A stretch of DNA of 64,000 nt from Phoronis australis (taxonomy: Eukaryota; Animalia; Phoronida), in NCBI GenBank assembly GCA_002633005.1, contig NMRA01000276.1:75414-139413 (forward strand). The letters are read 5' to 3'. Made by a program: the position numbers and the translations under genes. This document shows positions 25,184 through 38,153 of the stretch, one piece after another (position 1 is the stretch's first letter; each line of letters begins with the position of its first letter). Below the pieces are notes generated by a model. It was not told the origin of the DNA and did no database searches. It saw only the letters and a list, made by a program, of their open reading frames with translations.

Positions 25184-25315
25184 CTCTAGTGAGTCAACAC
25201 TGTCTGTAGAACTGACAGAGGGTGGGTGTGACATGTTGCTGACTTCCCGTAGCCTGCTACTGAGAATGGTGACACTTTCCACCACACCGTATAGATCCAT
25301 CACCACAAACGTGTT
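25184..25315 (-). CDS. NEURL4: NEURL4 exon (NHR5 end and linker)
   Basis: cttcag|AAC ACG...CTA GAG|gtaag; NTFVVMDLYGVVESVTILSS... Confidence 0.9.
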
Positions 25316-25399
25316 CTGAAAGAAAAAGGCACATTAAGTATCTCGATAATGTAATATTAGTCAACCATGTTTGGTCCTAAATTTACAACACACACAGCA

Positions 25400-25640
25400 G
25401 CATATGTAATAACTTGACCGTGACCCAGGGTACTCGCACTATGTAATGACTTGACTGTGACCCAGGGTACTTGCACCATGTAATGACTTGACTATGACCC
25501 AGAGTACTTGCACCATAAAATGATTTGACCGTGATCCAGGTTATCCACACCATGTTATAAGTTGACCAAGACATAGGGTACCCACACCATGTAATATTAA
25601 ACGATGCCCAGGTTACTAAATACAATGTAATAACTTAGCC
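25400..25640. repeat. Degenerate ~36-bp minisatellite
   Basis: Variants of catgtaatgacttgactgtgacccagggtacttgcac. Confidence 0.7.
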
Positions 25641-26361
25641 ATGATGGTACAGGAGACTCACAGCATGGCCCAAGGATAAGACTTGAGACATTATTTCCCT
25701 AAATGAGTTATGTGACTATAAAGACATTGGATTTTAAATAGAGTGATATTTAATTATTTTTAGAATAGACGTGTGGAGCGTGAGCCCAAATTTCTGCTTT
25801 TCAAGACTTAAAAGTCGCATTTCATGAAGCAGACCCCAGATGAGTCACAGCACAACTTTACCAAGTGACCCACACAGTGAATGTCATAACTACACCGTGA
25901 CCCAGGTGACTCACACAGTAAATACAATAACTAAAATTATAGTAAAACCAGTAAAACTAAAACGACGAGCTTTGGTGCTAAATATGGGGTTCAAGCCACG
26001 CATGAGGAAGTTTCCGTTGCGAAACAAAATGTGTTGATTTCACCGTCAATAATCGACACATTTTATAATGTGCGTTTTCACTTTACCCTATATTGTGACA
26101 CTGTTAGACGAAAAACATTGCACCATTTAAATGGCGACAAAAATGTCGTCACATGCAAAGCTACAACTGTACAAAATCGGGTTCGTGGCACCCCCTGTTG
26201 GTGCTTTTAAACTCATGTGTGCCGTAATTAAAATATTCCCCATGTTTCGAGCGATGCGCTCTTTGTCAAGGTTATGATACAGACAGTCTGTATCATATCC
26301 TTGACAAAGAGTGCAACTCATGCATAAAACTCAAGAGAGTATTTACCTCTTGTACTTACTT

Positions 26362-26530
26362 ATATGACTACAATTATTCAGCCATGAATGAATCCTTCCC
26401 TTTGGATTGCCCAAAGTTAAATGCCTATAATTATTCAGCCAATGAATCTTTCCCTCTGGATTGCCCTAAGTTAGATGACTATAATTATTCAGTCAATGAA
26501 TTTTTCATTTCTGAATTGCCCAAATTTAAT
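26362..26530. repeat. ~55-bp tandem repeat x3
   Basis: tgactataattattcagccaatgaatctttccctctggattgccc. Confidence 0.75.
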
Positions 26531-26592
26531 GCAAAATTGGTAAATGGCAAGTTATTGATTAACAGCAATGAATGTATTTAGTCTTCACTCAC

Positions 26593-26691
26593 CCTGGGGA
26601 TGTTGCTGGCAGCTATGCCCATGTCTTCACCATTTAAGTAAATGTGCATTGATCCATCAGCACACCTCTTGATACCCACTCTATTACCCAC
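26593..26691 (-). CDS. NEURL4: NEURL4 exon (NHR5)
   Basis: ttacag|GTG GGT...CCC AGG|gtgag; [33 protein letters not shown]. Confidence 0.93.
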
Positions 26692-27157
26692 CTGTAAAGA
26701 AGCATACAAAGATTCACTAACACCCCTTGTTAACTTGCGATCCACAGAGACAAGATAACCGGGACCACTTGGGAAAAATATTCACATATCTCATCTTCAC
26801 AACATATCTCATCCCCACAAATATCATCTCCACATATCTTACCTTCAGGAACTTGAATATATATTTGGTCTAGTCCATCTACATCATTGGAAAGTTTTTG
26901 AAAAAGACCTACATGATGCTTGCACAAGCTTGAATCTCATAGCACTTGTTCCCTTAACCCCTTATGACGAAACATGCAGACTTGTGGTTAGAAACTCACA
27001 TCAACAAATTTAAATATGACAGATAAATGTACAAAAATATAATTTATCAAAAAGTTTGTTTTACATTTCAGTGATTATCAAAGTTGCTCATAAACGCAAG
27101 AGAAGACCAACACAATTAATGTCAGACATCATGCCGTCTGCCTTTCAAACATCATAC

Positions 27158-27376
27158 CTCTAACCTATCCAGACACACCACATAGTTCTCTTTAATGACG
27201 ACCCCATTTTTCTTCACTTCTGAACCAGACACTGTCCATGTGACTTTTGACCTTGACCCCAGTTCCCTGGCAGTTGTAGGGATGCTTGATGGAGGAGTGT
27301 TGTCCGAAACTACCATGGTCGTAAGACCAATAAGAAATGAACCAGACCACTGCTTGGCCAACTGATCAATTTTGAC
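27158..27376 (-). CDS. NEURL4: NEURL4 exon (NHR5)
   Basis: ttgcag|GTC AAA...TTA GAG|gtatg; VKIDQLAKQWSGSFLIGLTT...LDRLE. Confidence 0.93.
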
Positions 27377-28462
27377 CTGCAAAAAATTTTTTTTACAAAA
27401 TATGCATTTTAATTTTGAATGGGTATGAAATCAGTGAGTTGGCACATTTCTAGGTAAACAAGATATAATGTAGGAATCTAGTATGTAAAAACTCAGCTTC
27501 AAGTGATCTAAGCTCCGAGTTGTTTTAGTATAAACAAGCCAAGCGTATTAATGTTCCACAACTACACTGTAATTGGTATGTATTCAGTAGTGTTTATAAG
27601 TTCAAATGAACTCACGACTGCACTGAAAATGGTATGTTTCTAGGAACCTTTACTAGTTTCGTACAAATCAACAGGAGCAACACAGAGCATTGAAATGCGT
27701 CCGCAAAATTAATGCACTGCTAACAGGGTGTTTCTAGGGTTGTTAATTTGTATCATAAAAATGGCCACTAGATGGCGCAATAATATCCAATCCCTCCGAA
27801 AACAGGAGCATGCCATTTAATAGAAAGCTATTTGCCAAATTTCAAAAAAAAATTGTCAAGGAACTTCGGAGAAACAAAAAAAATGAAAAAAAAATAAATT
27901 CTCACTAGGGGGCACAGCATTTTTTGGGTACGCCTGAAAGTCGTCAAAGCCTGTAGTTAGTTTCATATAAATACACTTATTATAACAAATTTAATAAAGA
28001 TCCTGCAGTAGGTTTAGGAGATACAGCTATGGGCGCAAAAACAAAACTACCACCAGGAGGCACCGCAGAAGTCGAAGTCGTCATCGTCAACTGCCAATTT
28101 TGAAAATCATCCTCAGAATGATTTGGCTGATAGAGGGGTGAACGCAAAAATTTCCACTAAGTGACACAAAATACCTTCTGATTCCATCTGAAAATGGGAT
28201 GATACTATCATCTCACCAATAGATGCCTATATTCCAAATTTTATGAACATCCATTGAGGACCTTTGAAGATACAGAGGTAAAGTTCGTAAAAAACTAAAA
28301 TTGCCACGAGGGGACACACCAGTAGTCAGATCTGTCCCACAGCCCCCATCATCCGTTGTCAACATCATTAAATACACTTGTTAAAGTAGTAAAGATACTG
28401 CAAAAGGTTTAGGAGAAACAGCCATGGGCGCAAAAATTGCCACTAAGATGTGCCACAGTAGT

Positions 28463-29661
28463 CAATGAGGTTTCCCCAGCGTATAAACTTCTGGGCGATC
28501 CGTCATGCTCCTTTTTGGCCCCGCCACTCGTAAATCACACTCAAATTGACCGCCACACACCTAATCGTGATGGGGAAACTTCCCCGCCACGCAAAAATCG
28601 CTAGTAAAAAGATTGCTAGCAAAAAGATCACTAGTAAAATGAATCTCAAGTACAAAATGATCACTAGTAAAAATGATCGCTAGTAACAATGAATAAGTAC
28701 AAGTCACACGGCACCGTTCGCCATTTGTGGATCGAAAGGGAAAAACAATAAGTTTACAATGGGAACTTGAATTGTGCCCCCGTTAAACACAATCACTCAA
28801 TCCTCAATCCCCTTTCGTATTTCGTACCTGGTTTCTGTCTGGTTATCCGGCAATGCACATAAACTTAATGCAGCCGGGGACCAGGCAACGACCTAGATAC
28901 AAATTTTTTAAAATGGGAAAGCGCCAGGGCACGCTAATGATGTAAGAAACAGTAAGATTTCTGCTTCATTCATTTCATTGTGTGCGAGTTTACAAAACAT
29001 TGTGAATTATACTGCAGGGAGTGTGACATCCAACTGTTTAATCAACCATAGCCCTGCGCCATAATGACGATATTGAATGTTAACCAGTCTCAGATTCGTT
29101 AGCATTATACATCGTCTGCTACGCCGGTCAATACAAATCCACTATCACTGATTTATGTTTAACAAGACGATATCAACGGAAGTTTCGTTACACGAATTAG
29201 TTTATTACGTCTACAAAGTTCAAATATTTTTTATTCTATGTTTGTCACTTCCTGGATAATTGAACTTTAACACTTTTTTGTACTCATGTGCGACAGAGAT
29301 CACACTATGCCAGACACTTTGTTAATTTGCTCTTTAGGTTTTACCCAGATACTTCCAATACATGATGCTCAGGTTAAGGTCTTGTCTATGATGAGCAAAC
29401 TGCACCCAATTACATCTAATTTTCAAATTTTGCTTTGGGAAAGTCTACCAACCCCCCCTCCTGATAGGAGGATCTCACTTCATCCCATGCTCACATGTGG
29501 CGCCCGGTTCCGCATCCACGTCAAGCATTCACCACCACGCTCCTTTCGAAACCCAGGCAATAGAGGGAACCCACTTCTCATATTTGCGTGCGGCAACGGG
29601 CTTTGCACTCCGCTTTGGCCATTCACCACCACGCTCCTTTCAAAACCCAGGGGAAACACTG
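28463..29661. mobile_element. hAT-like non-autonomous element nested in the HINE-like element
   Basis: Ends caatgaggtttcccc / ggggaaacactg; the host core repeat resumes after it. Confidence 0.55.
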
Positions 29662-30439
29662 ACCGTCATAATCATAAATCATCGTCAGCCGCCCTCTTTG
29701 AAGTAAGAACATTATTTACATGCTAATTTTCACAATCATCCTTAGAGCGGTTTGGTTGATAGAGGTGTGGACACCAAAAAACTCGAGAACAGTAAAAAGT
29801 GGCCAATACGTGGCACTAACTAGGTCAAGTACATCTGAAAATGGGAGGAGAGTGTCACCTCACTAATAAATGCCTATATGCCAAATTTTATGAGGACCTT
29901 AAAAGATACAGACAGTGAGGTAAATGTAAAACAAATGCCACTAGGGGGCACACTGTTAGTCAGATCCGTCCGAAAGTCGTCGTCTGTTGCCAAAATCATA
30001 TAAATAAACTTTAGTAATTTTAGTAAAGATCCTACAAATGGTTTAGGCGATACAGTCATGGGCGCAAAAAAACAAAACTGCCACTAGGAGGCGTCACAGT
30101 AATAGAAATCGTCACAAAATCATTGTCAGACGTCCCCTTCATACATGCCAATTTAACAGTCATCCTTAGAGCGGCTTGGTTGATGCAGTGGTGGATGCAA
30201 AAAGACTTGAAAACAGCAAAAATGGCCACTAGGTGGTGCAACTAAGTTGAATCCATCCCAAAACAGGATAGCAACTTCTCACTAATAGTAGCCTATAAGC
30301 CAAATTTTATGAAAATACGTTGAACAGCTGTAAAGATAAAAAGGTAAACATAAAAAACTAAAACTGTCATTAGGGGCACACTGGTAGTCGGATCCATCCA
30401 AAAGTTTGCTCATGCTGTCCCATCCATAAAAAGAACATA

Positions 30440-32253
30440 CCGTATTCGCCGTAATAACCGCCACATGCCCCTATGAGCGTCCCCCCACGCGTTTTCATAC
30501 TTTGCTGAAATAAGCGCCCAGTCCATGAACGTGTACATGCGAACAATGACGTACCTACAGTCCTGCAACTCGGCTACAGTAACATCTTAAATTTATCAAA
30601 AAATTTTTACATGAGTCTTCTAGACCACCAGCAGCACTGCTACGTTAATATTTAGCTGTGACTATACACTTCAAAGTAACGCCTCAAAAAGAACGGAACA
30701 GCGTTGCTACTCTTGCAACAACCGTGTTCCACTATGGTCTGACCTTTCAGTACAGACACATCGACTGTCTCATGAATAAAAACAACTCAGCCGTTAAACG
30801 CACGTGGCCAGGAAGCGCGCGCTAAATATATATGAACCTGTCATCAAAAACATTAGTCGGGAACTATCCATTTATGAAACAAGTAGCATAGCATCGATAA
30901 GAAATGAATATTGGTACTAATTTCCGACAATTTCTAACTATAAAACCTGTTTGCTTTATTTTTGAGATGGATAGTTTGACTAACAATCATTGGTGTTTTT
31001 AAGCCGAATATCCGATAAAATGACAACTGACAGTGAATGCTTACACACCCTTACACCGAAAAATAACTGTCAGATAGTTATGTACGCATCCAGCTACACA
31101 GCGACTAATATGGGCCTTGCCGAGACAAATGTCGAATGTTTTTAGCACATGAGACCGGCAAGTGCTGAACGAAACACGCTCTGGTTTAGGACTACTATTT
31201 GTGCAAATTTCTTTAGACACAATGCACATCTAGCTCGTTAGATTGCGTGGCTCTGGCCAAAAGATGGTCTCTGCTTTGGCCAATGAACTCTGGGCCCGGT
31301 CTCTAATCTTTGTACTCGAAACGAACTCGAAACTATTTTTGGCAATTTCTCTGCTCCTTTTGTGCGAACTTAAGATAATTGGTTCTCATACTGTGCTCGA
31401 ATACATTATAGTTTATGCATAGGAGTTTCTAGTTCAAGTTTGCCCTTGAAGACCCTTATATTCGTGCTACAATCTCGAGTAAAAACTCAAAATTTCGAGT
31501 TCAAACTCGAACTTATTGCTTTAATATTGGGTTTACAAACTGTGAACTAAGGGCAATAAATTATCTACGTAAGTTATTGTGTACTTGAGCATAGAATAAT
31601 AGACACTTGTCTTGAGTTCGCCCAAAAGTAGAGTAGAAAATGCCAAACCTAATTTCGAGTTCCATTTCGAGTAAAAAGATTGGAGACCGGGCCCTGGTGA
31701 CACGCACGCCCTCGCTTACTCGCAGACGAACATCAAAACAAACGTCACGTGACAACAACATGTGTGTTCGTCCAGACATTTTTCTCGCGGTGTTGCCAAT
31801 CATACATGTAGATGGCACAATGTTGCACAGATTTGTACTTAAATCTGCCGTTAATCGATCCAGACTCCACGGGAACTTAATAAAAATCTTAGGGATGCTA
31901 CTTAGAAAACTTAATGAGGATTTCAGGTAATTTGCTTAAGTCGAAACTGTTTTTATTCAAGCATTAAAGTCGCCATATCGAAGATGGCGAGGCAGTTAGT
32001 TTTCGCCCTGGGATTTCAGCACAATTTTCTGTAAAATGATCATGATTTAGCAGCAAAGTTTGATAGCAATGCACCACAGTTTTGTTGAGTCTTTCATAGA
32101 TTACAGATACGTCACAGAGCGTAAACTTGATGAATCTTAGCTTCCGATTTCACCCGATTCGGAGACCGGGTTTAACCGCCTTGGGTTATAATAAGCGCCC
32201 CTCCTGAACCGAACTTTTATAAGCGCCCTGGGCGGTTATTACGGCGAATACGG
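30440..32253. mobile_element. Tc1/mariner-superfamily (Tc2/pogo-like CCGTA ends) non-autonomous element
   Basis: Perfect 23-bp TIR ccgtattcgccgtaataaccgcc / ggcggttattacggcgaatacgg with TA TSD; the host sequence aagaacata|tgtgcaaaatttcat rejoins. Confidence 0.85.
31293..31693. mobile_element. PIF/Harbinger-like MITE nested in the TcMar element
   Basis: TIR ggcccggtctctaatcttt.tactcgaaa / tttcgagtaaaaagattggagaccgggcc; 3-bp TSD CTG. Confidence 0.8.
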
Positions 32254-32877
32254 TATGTGCAAAATTTCATGAACGCACATCAAAGGGTTTTGGAGAGCAG
32301 CCGACACCAGACGGACACCTGATGGATGCCAGACAGACGGACGGAGATGACAGCATAATGCGTGCACTAAAACATGTGAGCGCATAATAATGGATCATGC
32401 CCACTGTACACAATGCCAACGTGCTGGAATACTCTACATAATGGATCATGAGAGATTACATCCACTATAAGTCATAACACATAATAACTGTCACTTTTAG
32501 CCGAAGTTGACTGTCCAAATGATTAAACAGTATTTTGACTGCTTTTATTTTGAATTATGCTGAAATATAACTCTGATGTTTAAAACACAAAATCTTCTCA
32601 GCTCAAGTATTCTACAAGCATTCACTCTGACGGCTGATGAATGTATTTGTCTAAACCAATGAGGGTTTTTCATTTAAAGGACTGGGAAAGCTCTTGAATT
32701 GTCTTAAAACTCAAAGAAAATTGACAGCATATGGAATACACAAGTTCCCTTGGTGAAGCATGGTTCTTTCAACCTTCCATAAGTAATGAGGCAAAACTGA
32801 TTCAAATCTATCACAATTAATAAAAAAGGAAATTCCATCCAACTGCAATGAAACTTCAGAGGTCAGCTGTAAAGTAC

Positions 32878-33017
32878 CTCAAAAATCTCATCTGTTTTAA
32901 GTGGATCAGCACTGAAAACGACCCCATGATCAAAACTGCGAGTCCGGCACGCCGTGGCTCCGTTGTTACGCAGACCAATATTTTTTCCACAGCATTGACT
33001 AAATCGATGACTGATAT
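32878..33017 (-). CDS. NEURL4: NEURL4 exon (NHR5 start)
   Basis: atttcag|AT ATC...TTT GAG|gtact; ISHRFSQCCGKNIGLRNNGATACRTRSFDHGVVFSADPLKTDEIFE. Confidence 0.92.
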
Positions 33018-33417
33018 CTGAAATAGAAACACATTCACAACCCATACGTATAATAAAAATCTGACTTTAAAAAATGGAACCAACAAATTGCTCTACAGAC
33101 ACGTATCAAGAAGATTGCAAGAGCAAAAAAGAGCATTAATAAGCACTTTAATACAGGGCTTGGAAAGACCTATGGCAGAAAAGAGGACAATTTTCCAGAT
33201 GGTATATCATTCCACAAATAAATAGGCTTATGTGATAGAACAGGTTTTTGTGTAATTAACTGCAATATACATTTTTTAAATGAATATAGTCAAAATAACA
33301 TAAAAAGATGACAAACGAGGAAACCAAGATATCAAATAAAAGAAAATTGAAACCAAAAAAGTGGAAAATTCCAAGCCTGGCATTTACACTTACAACTTAT
33401 TCTTTGTTAGCAAGGCG

Positions 33418-33641
33418 TGAGAGTGATGCAGGAATGTGATGCTTTGAGAGTGATGCAGGAATGTGATGCTTTGAGAGTGATGCAGGAATGTGATGCTTTG
33501 AGAGTGATGCAGGAATGTGATGCTTTGAGTGATGCAGGAATGTGATGCTTATCAGAGTGATGCAGGAACGTGATGCTTTGAGAGTGATGCAGGAATGTGA
33601 TGCTTTGAGAGTGATGCAGGAATGTAATGCTTATCAGAGTG
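33418..33641. repeat. 27-bp minisatellite (~8 copies)
   Basis: gagagtgatgcaggaatgtgatgcttt. Confidence 0.95.
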
Positions 33642-35652
33642 CACCTCTTTTAAACGTCTGTAACTGACAAGGCAGGTATAATTTGAATGTCTGAGTCACA
33701 TGGTTGGGAGTGTTATATTTCCATAAAACTTTGTTGACCGCAAATAGATTCGTGGCAAACTGAAAAAGCAAGGTTAGCTTAAATTGACAACTTTTTGTAC
33801 AGAATTAATTGTTCACTGCATGGTTTCATGCTAATTTGGGAACTGTGAACCTTCATTACCAGCTTGCAGTTAATATGTGCAAATATCTTAAATTCTGTTG
33901 GCTGGAACTTCTACAAACTATATATTTTCTCAAAGGTGGATAAATTTCATAACAAAGCATGTTATTCTTATTTACTGTTCACAAGATGTGCATTTTTTAA
34001 TAAAATTTGTTGACTTTGAACAGATTTTAAAACTATTGTTTTTCTAATCATTTGATATTTCGTCAACATGTTGATAACGGCAATTTCGAGGGAACCGAGT
34101 CTCAAGATTTTTAAAATAGGTCTTAGCTTTTTAATAATCCACCTTTTAGAGCATTTTGAGCAACAACAGCTGTTTGATGTTTGAAGGCTGCTTTTCAAAA
34201 AACTAGACCCAAAATCGAGACTCTGAGACCCGGTTCCTCGCAACGTGAGAAATCAGCAACAACGCAGAGCGATGATCAAGAAGTGCACATTCGGCATCAT
34301 ATCAGAATGTTCAGGATTTTTTATTAAGACAGCTAGTAATTTTCACTTAGTAATGAGTTAGGGTAGTTATAATTTCTACATATGATTAGTTTGGGTATTC
34401 CACAATGTAGAAATTTAGGATTAAGTGTTCATTTTTAGTGACCTAATCAAGTCTGCCCGAATGCTCCGAATCACGCGATTAATTATGGCCGAGTTTGTAC
34501 GTCATTTAGCTAAACTAGGTCAACGCGGCTTTATCGAGAAGGGTTGGTACAATGTGGATGTGGTGCAAATAAAATACAGTTCAGAAATCATGAAAATTTT
34601 TCAAAGGGCAAAGAAACAAATACTGAGAGAATTGCGCTGTGAGATTGGTTGAGAAATGACAGAACTGGGCTGAAATTTAGCCATGATTTTATATAGTTAC
34701 TTACAACCGCTTTCACATTGTGAAATAAAACTAATAACACTGTCTCTTGGTTTTCTTTCTTGTATAAATCAAGTTCACTGAACTGTGATCTTCATTCACT
34801 TTTATCGGAGTTACTCGAGGGTCTTAGTTTATATAATGATATCTTAATTCACTGGGCCAGTCTTACCGAGTATCATGCTGATTCTAGTTTCTACAATTAA
34901 TGTCTGATGGTAGACATAAGTTTGTATTAGGCGTATCGCATTTAACCTGGATCCCGTGTCCGGGATTTTGGAGGTGTGAAATACACTGCTAAGCCAAATG
35001 CATGCATGATTCAGGGATTAATTCACTGATGCAATAAATCGTAGCCTCTGTCTATTATGTTTGCAAATATAAACTCCCGTTGGATTATGCCATTGCTTAC
35101 ACTTTTGTACAATTCAGGTTCGATTGAAAGTCCGATGACGATATGCCGACTTTTACAAAATTGACACTAACTTCAAAACACTCTGAAGTGCTCGGTTAAT
35201 AACAGAAATTAACGAAAAATGTAAATGAGACATTGAGCAGAGCTAATCATCATCAGAAATATGGATAAAATAGGATAGATGAAAGTTGGTGAAAAACATC
35301 TAAAGAAGCGTGTATTTGATTTTATTCGATACCTAGAAAAGGCTAAATCAAAGTACATAATTAAAGCAGGCATTTGTCAAAAAATGTTTTTGTGTAATTT
35401 AATTATTTTGTTTTAAGGTTCACAGTTAGATTAAGTCATACATTGTTAACTAGCTGGATACAGAAGCCAGCACAACAGAATTGCCAGCAGGAAGTGCAAA
35501 ACTTGTCATGTGGACAACATTTGCCAGGCTCAAACAAAGTCATTTTTGTGAGTTTAATTCAACACATATTGCCACCAAGTGCAATAAAGTCAAAACAAGA
35601 CAATGACCTGTACCAAACCCTTTGAGCAACGACAGATCTTCTTCATCCTCAC

Positions 35653-35748
35653 CGACCACCTGATTCTCATGCAGTGATGGGATCCTGTTACCTGATGTTA
35701 ATGAAACTTGTGCACACTGGCCATATAGGTCTACGACGCCGAACACAC
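35653..35748 (-). CDS. NEURL4: NEURL4 exon (NHR4 end); donor position uncertain
   Basis: tttcag|GT GTG TTC GGC GTC GTA GAC CTA TAT GGC CAG ([17 protein letters not shown]). I chose the donor G|gtgagg; phase-compatible alternatives G|gtaaca and G|gtacag exist. Confidence 0.75.
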
Positions 35749-36026
35749 CTGAAACATGTCACGCACTCTCTTGTTACCTGCTGAGTCAAATTTAGAGGGC
35801 CTCATGTCATGTTCTATCCGTTACTTCAAAGTAATCACTGACAAGTGCAACACAGAGCATTGATATACGTTCACAATGTGCATCCTAAATAACGCACATA
35901 TGAGGGATGCTCGTTGTTTTAAACACTCCCACTAAAGAAAGCAATGCTAGTTAACTTAAAATTGACTCTAGGTTTGCAAAGGAAGTCAGCCATGCTCTCC
36001 TCAACACAATAGTAGTGCACCATTAC

Positions 36027-36196
36027 CTGGTGGTATGCCTGAGCACGCCACACCCATATCCACTCCATCGACAAAGAAGTGCAAGTTGCCTTCAGATGTC
36101 CTCATCATACCAATGCGGGATCCGACTGTGAGTACGTCAAGGTCTATACCATAACCGTTCCTTATGGTTGCGCCATCCTGCATTATGGCAGTGCCG
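36027..36196 (-). CDS. NEURL4: NEURL4 exon (NHR4)
   Basis: attcag|C GGC ACT...CCA G|gtaat; [47 protein letters not shown]. Confidence 0.94.
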
Positions 36197-38153
36197 CTGA
36201 ATGACAAACAACATGCATGTGCAAAATCTGGCAACTGCATCTGCATAGAATTCTCATTCTCCAAAAGACATAAGATGATAATATAAATTATGATTCATCC
36301 AGGTATTAGTCAAATGAGTGGTCCAACCGAATACAGAAGTTTGTTGTGGGAACACAACTGTCCGCTACTACGGAAAACGACGGAATGGCTGCCCCGGGTA
36401 TTTGCCCCTTTTCCTTGGAACCTGTAGAGAACATCCAGATTACTCCCCAGCAGAGGTTGCACCAGTACAGCCAAATTTCATAGAAAAGGGCAGTGCGTAC
36501 CCTGCAACATAAAACTTTATTACAGGATGTCTAGTTGCACCACTCATAACTCGACTCTACATCATAATAAAGCAAACTTTTGTTGAGACAGAATTTTATG
36601 AGCACAACATTCCAGTTCAGTGGATGTGGTTATCATTGTTTAATGCGTTTGTCAAAGTCCTTTTCTATTCAAGTTTTCATGACCACTCAATTACGGGTTT
36701 CGCCTGACGATGTGTCATGAGATGAAAAACTGGACAATTGTACAATACATTTTCTTGTTTTGTGATTTGAAAAAGAAGCCTATAATGCTGACTTTTTGTG
36801 ATTTCTTCAGTGCCACGAGCCTGGGTCGTTTCCAATATCAGTTGGCGCCTAATGCCAGACCAGCCTGCCACCAATTAGAGCATGTAGCATCAAATATAAA
36901 TAGAATGTTGTGTTCTACAAATTAAACTAGTCTCATTCATATCAAGTGCACGTCTGGTGCACAGTAATAGACATCAAACTACATGCACTCTTTTTTAATG
37001 TCGAGTAAATTAAAGATCAATCACAGAAAGCTAGATATTAAAGGGGAATACAACAGTTTTCAGTGTCATTTTTGGTAAAATTGCCACTTTCAAGTTACCC
37101 TTCAAGTTGATAAATGTTTAAGTAAATTAATTCCTTAAAGTTGCAATCAATAACGCATGCATCACTCCAGAAGTAATGTTCGTAGAGAAAGGCATTCTCC
37201 ACCATCATTGCTTCCATGCACTTCGCACTGTGTTTGATATCAGCCTTATTGTCTTCGTCAGCTTGTTACAAATTAGATCGTTTTTTGCCTCTCTCCTTGA
37301 GCACTATCCAGTACAGTCAGAAGTTGTTGCATACCAGGATGCAAGAAACATGAGCTCTCAAAGAGTATAAGAGCTCCTTTGTTTCCCTGACAACCAATAA
37401 AGGCAAGATTCGTCAGGGTAAGCTCATTCGTGTTGCAATCCCCTTTGCTGCCACAGATAAAGCCAGGGAAAACAATTGCGCAAGCAGCAAAGATTTGTTA
37501 TAGTTAGATTATGAAAGAGATATCAATGGTGCACTGCAGAGATCAGTCACTGTTTTCCTTCTCTGCTTCGTTGCAGCCTGGTGCAAAAAATTTATAGAAA
37601 TTCAAAGCATCGCAGGATGCTGCCACTTTGGTAATTCAAGGCCGTATCAGTAAACAGTCAGCGCAGAGTCCAAAGCAAGCAAGAAGCACAGCTTTATCAC
37701 ATGTGATTCATGTTTTTGTGGCTCCCGCTATTTCACATCCAATGATTAAGTCCCACTTAATAACAGAGTTGTAGTTCAATCCATCAATGACTGAGAATAC
37801 CTGGCCTTCAGTAAATACTTAAGGGAGCTTTTGAAACATAGTAAGCAATCAACAGATGTCCACAGTGCCAAATTGCATTAAAAAGCTGGTGGGGAAATGA
37901 CTTGGGCCATGATAGTCAATTCCAGAGTGAAGCATAGTACATAATTGATAAACACACAGGGAATTTAATTGACCTGAAAATTTATACAGGATAACCAAAA
38001 AATTTGTTATTTATTATAATCAAAAATGACACTTAAGTGGTTACCTTCCTCTTTCTGAAATGGTGACAACTGGTTATGGACACTTCACTTTTGTAAGCTG
38101 GATGTTCATTTACGAAACAGACTTGCCCACTTAAATTATAAAGCTGGTCTTAA

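Larger units (their letters stand above)
27670..32385 (+). mobile_element. DINE-1/HINE-like element with core-repeat array, interrupted by two nested DNA transposons
   Basis: Starts acaggagcaacacagagcattgaaatgcg. ~145-bp cores; cagacagacggacgg microsatellite at about 32330; ends gcgcataa. Confidence 0.7.

Noticed and set aside
36320-38045. Possible highly decayed Kolobok transposase/KolX remnants on the minus strand (HCGHL..., LKYLLK.RQVFS, IPSFSVVA)
   Set aside because: The similarity needs several frameshifts and I could not define paired termini; a translated HMM search would be needed.
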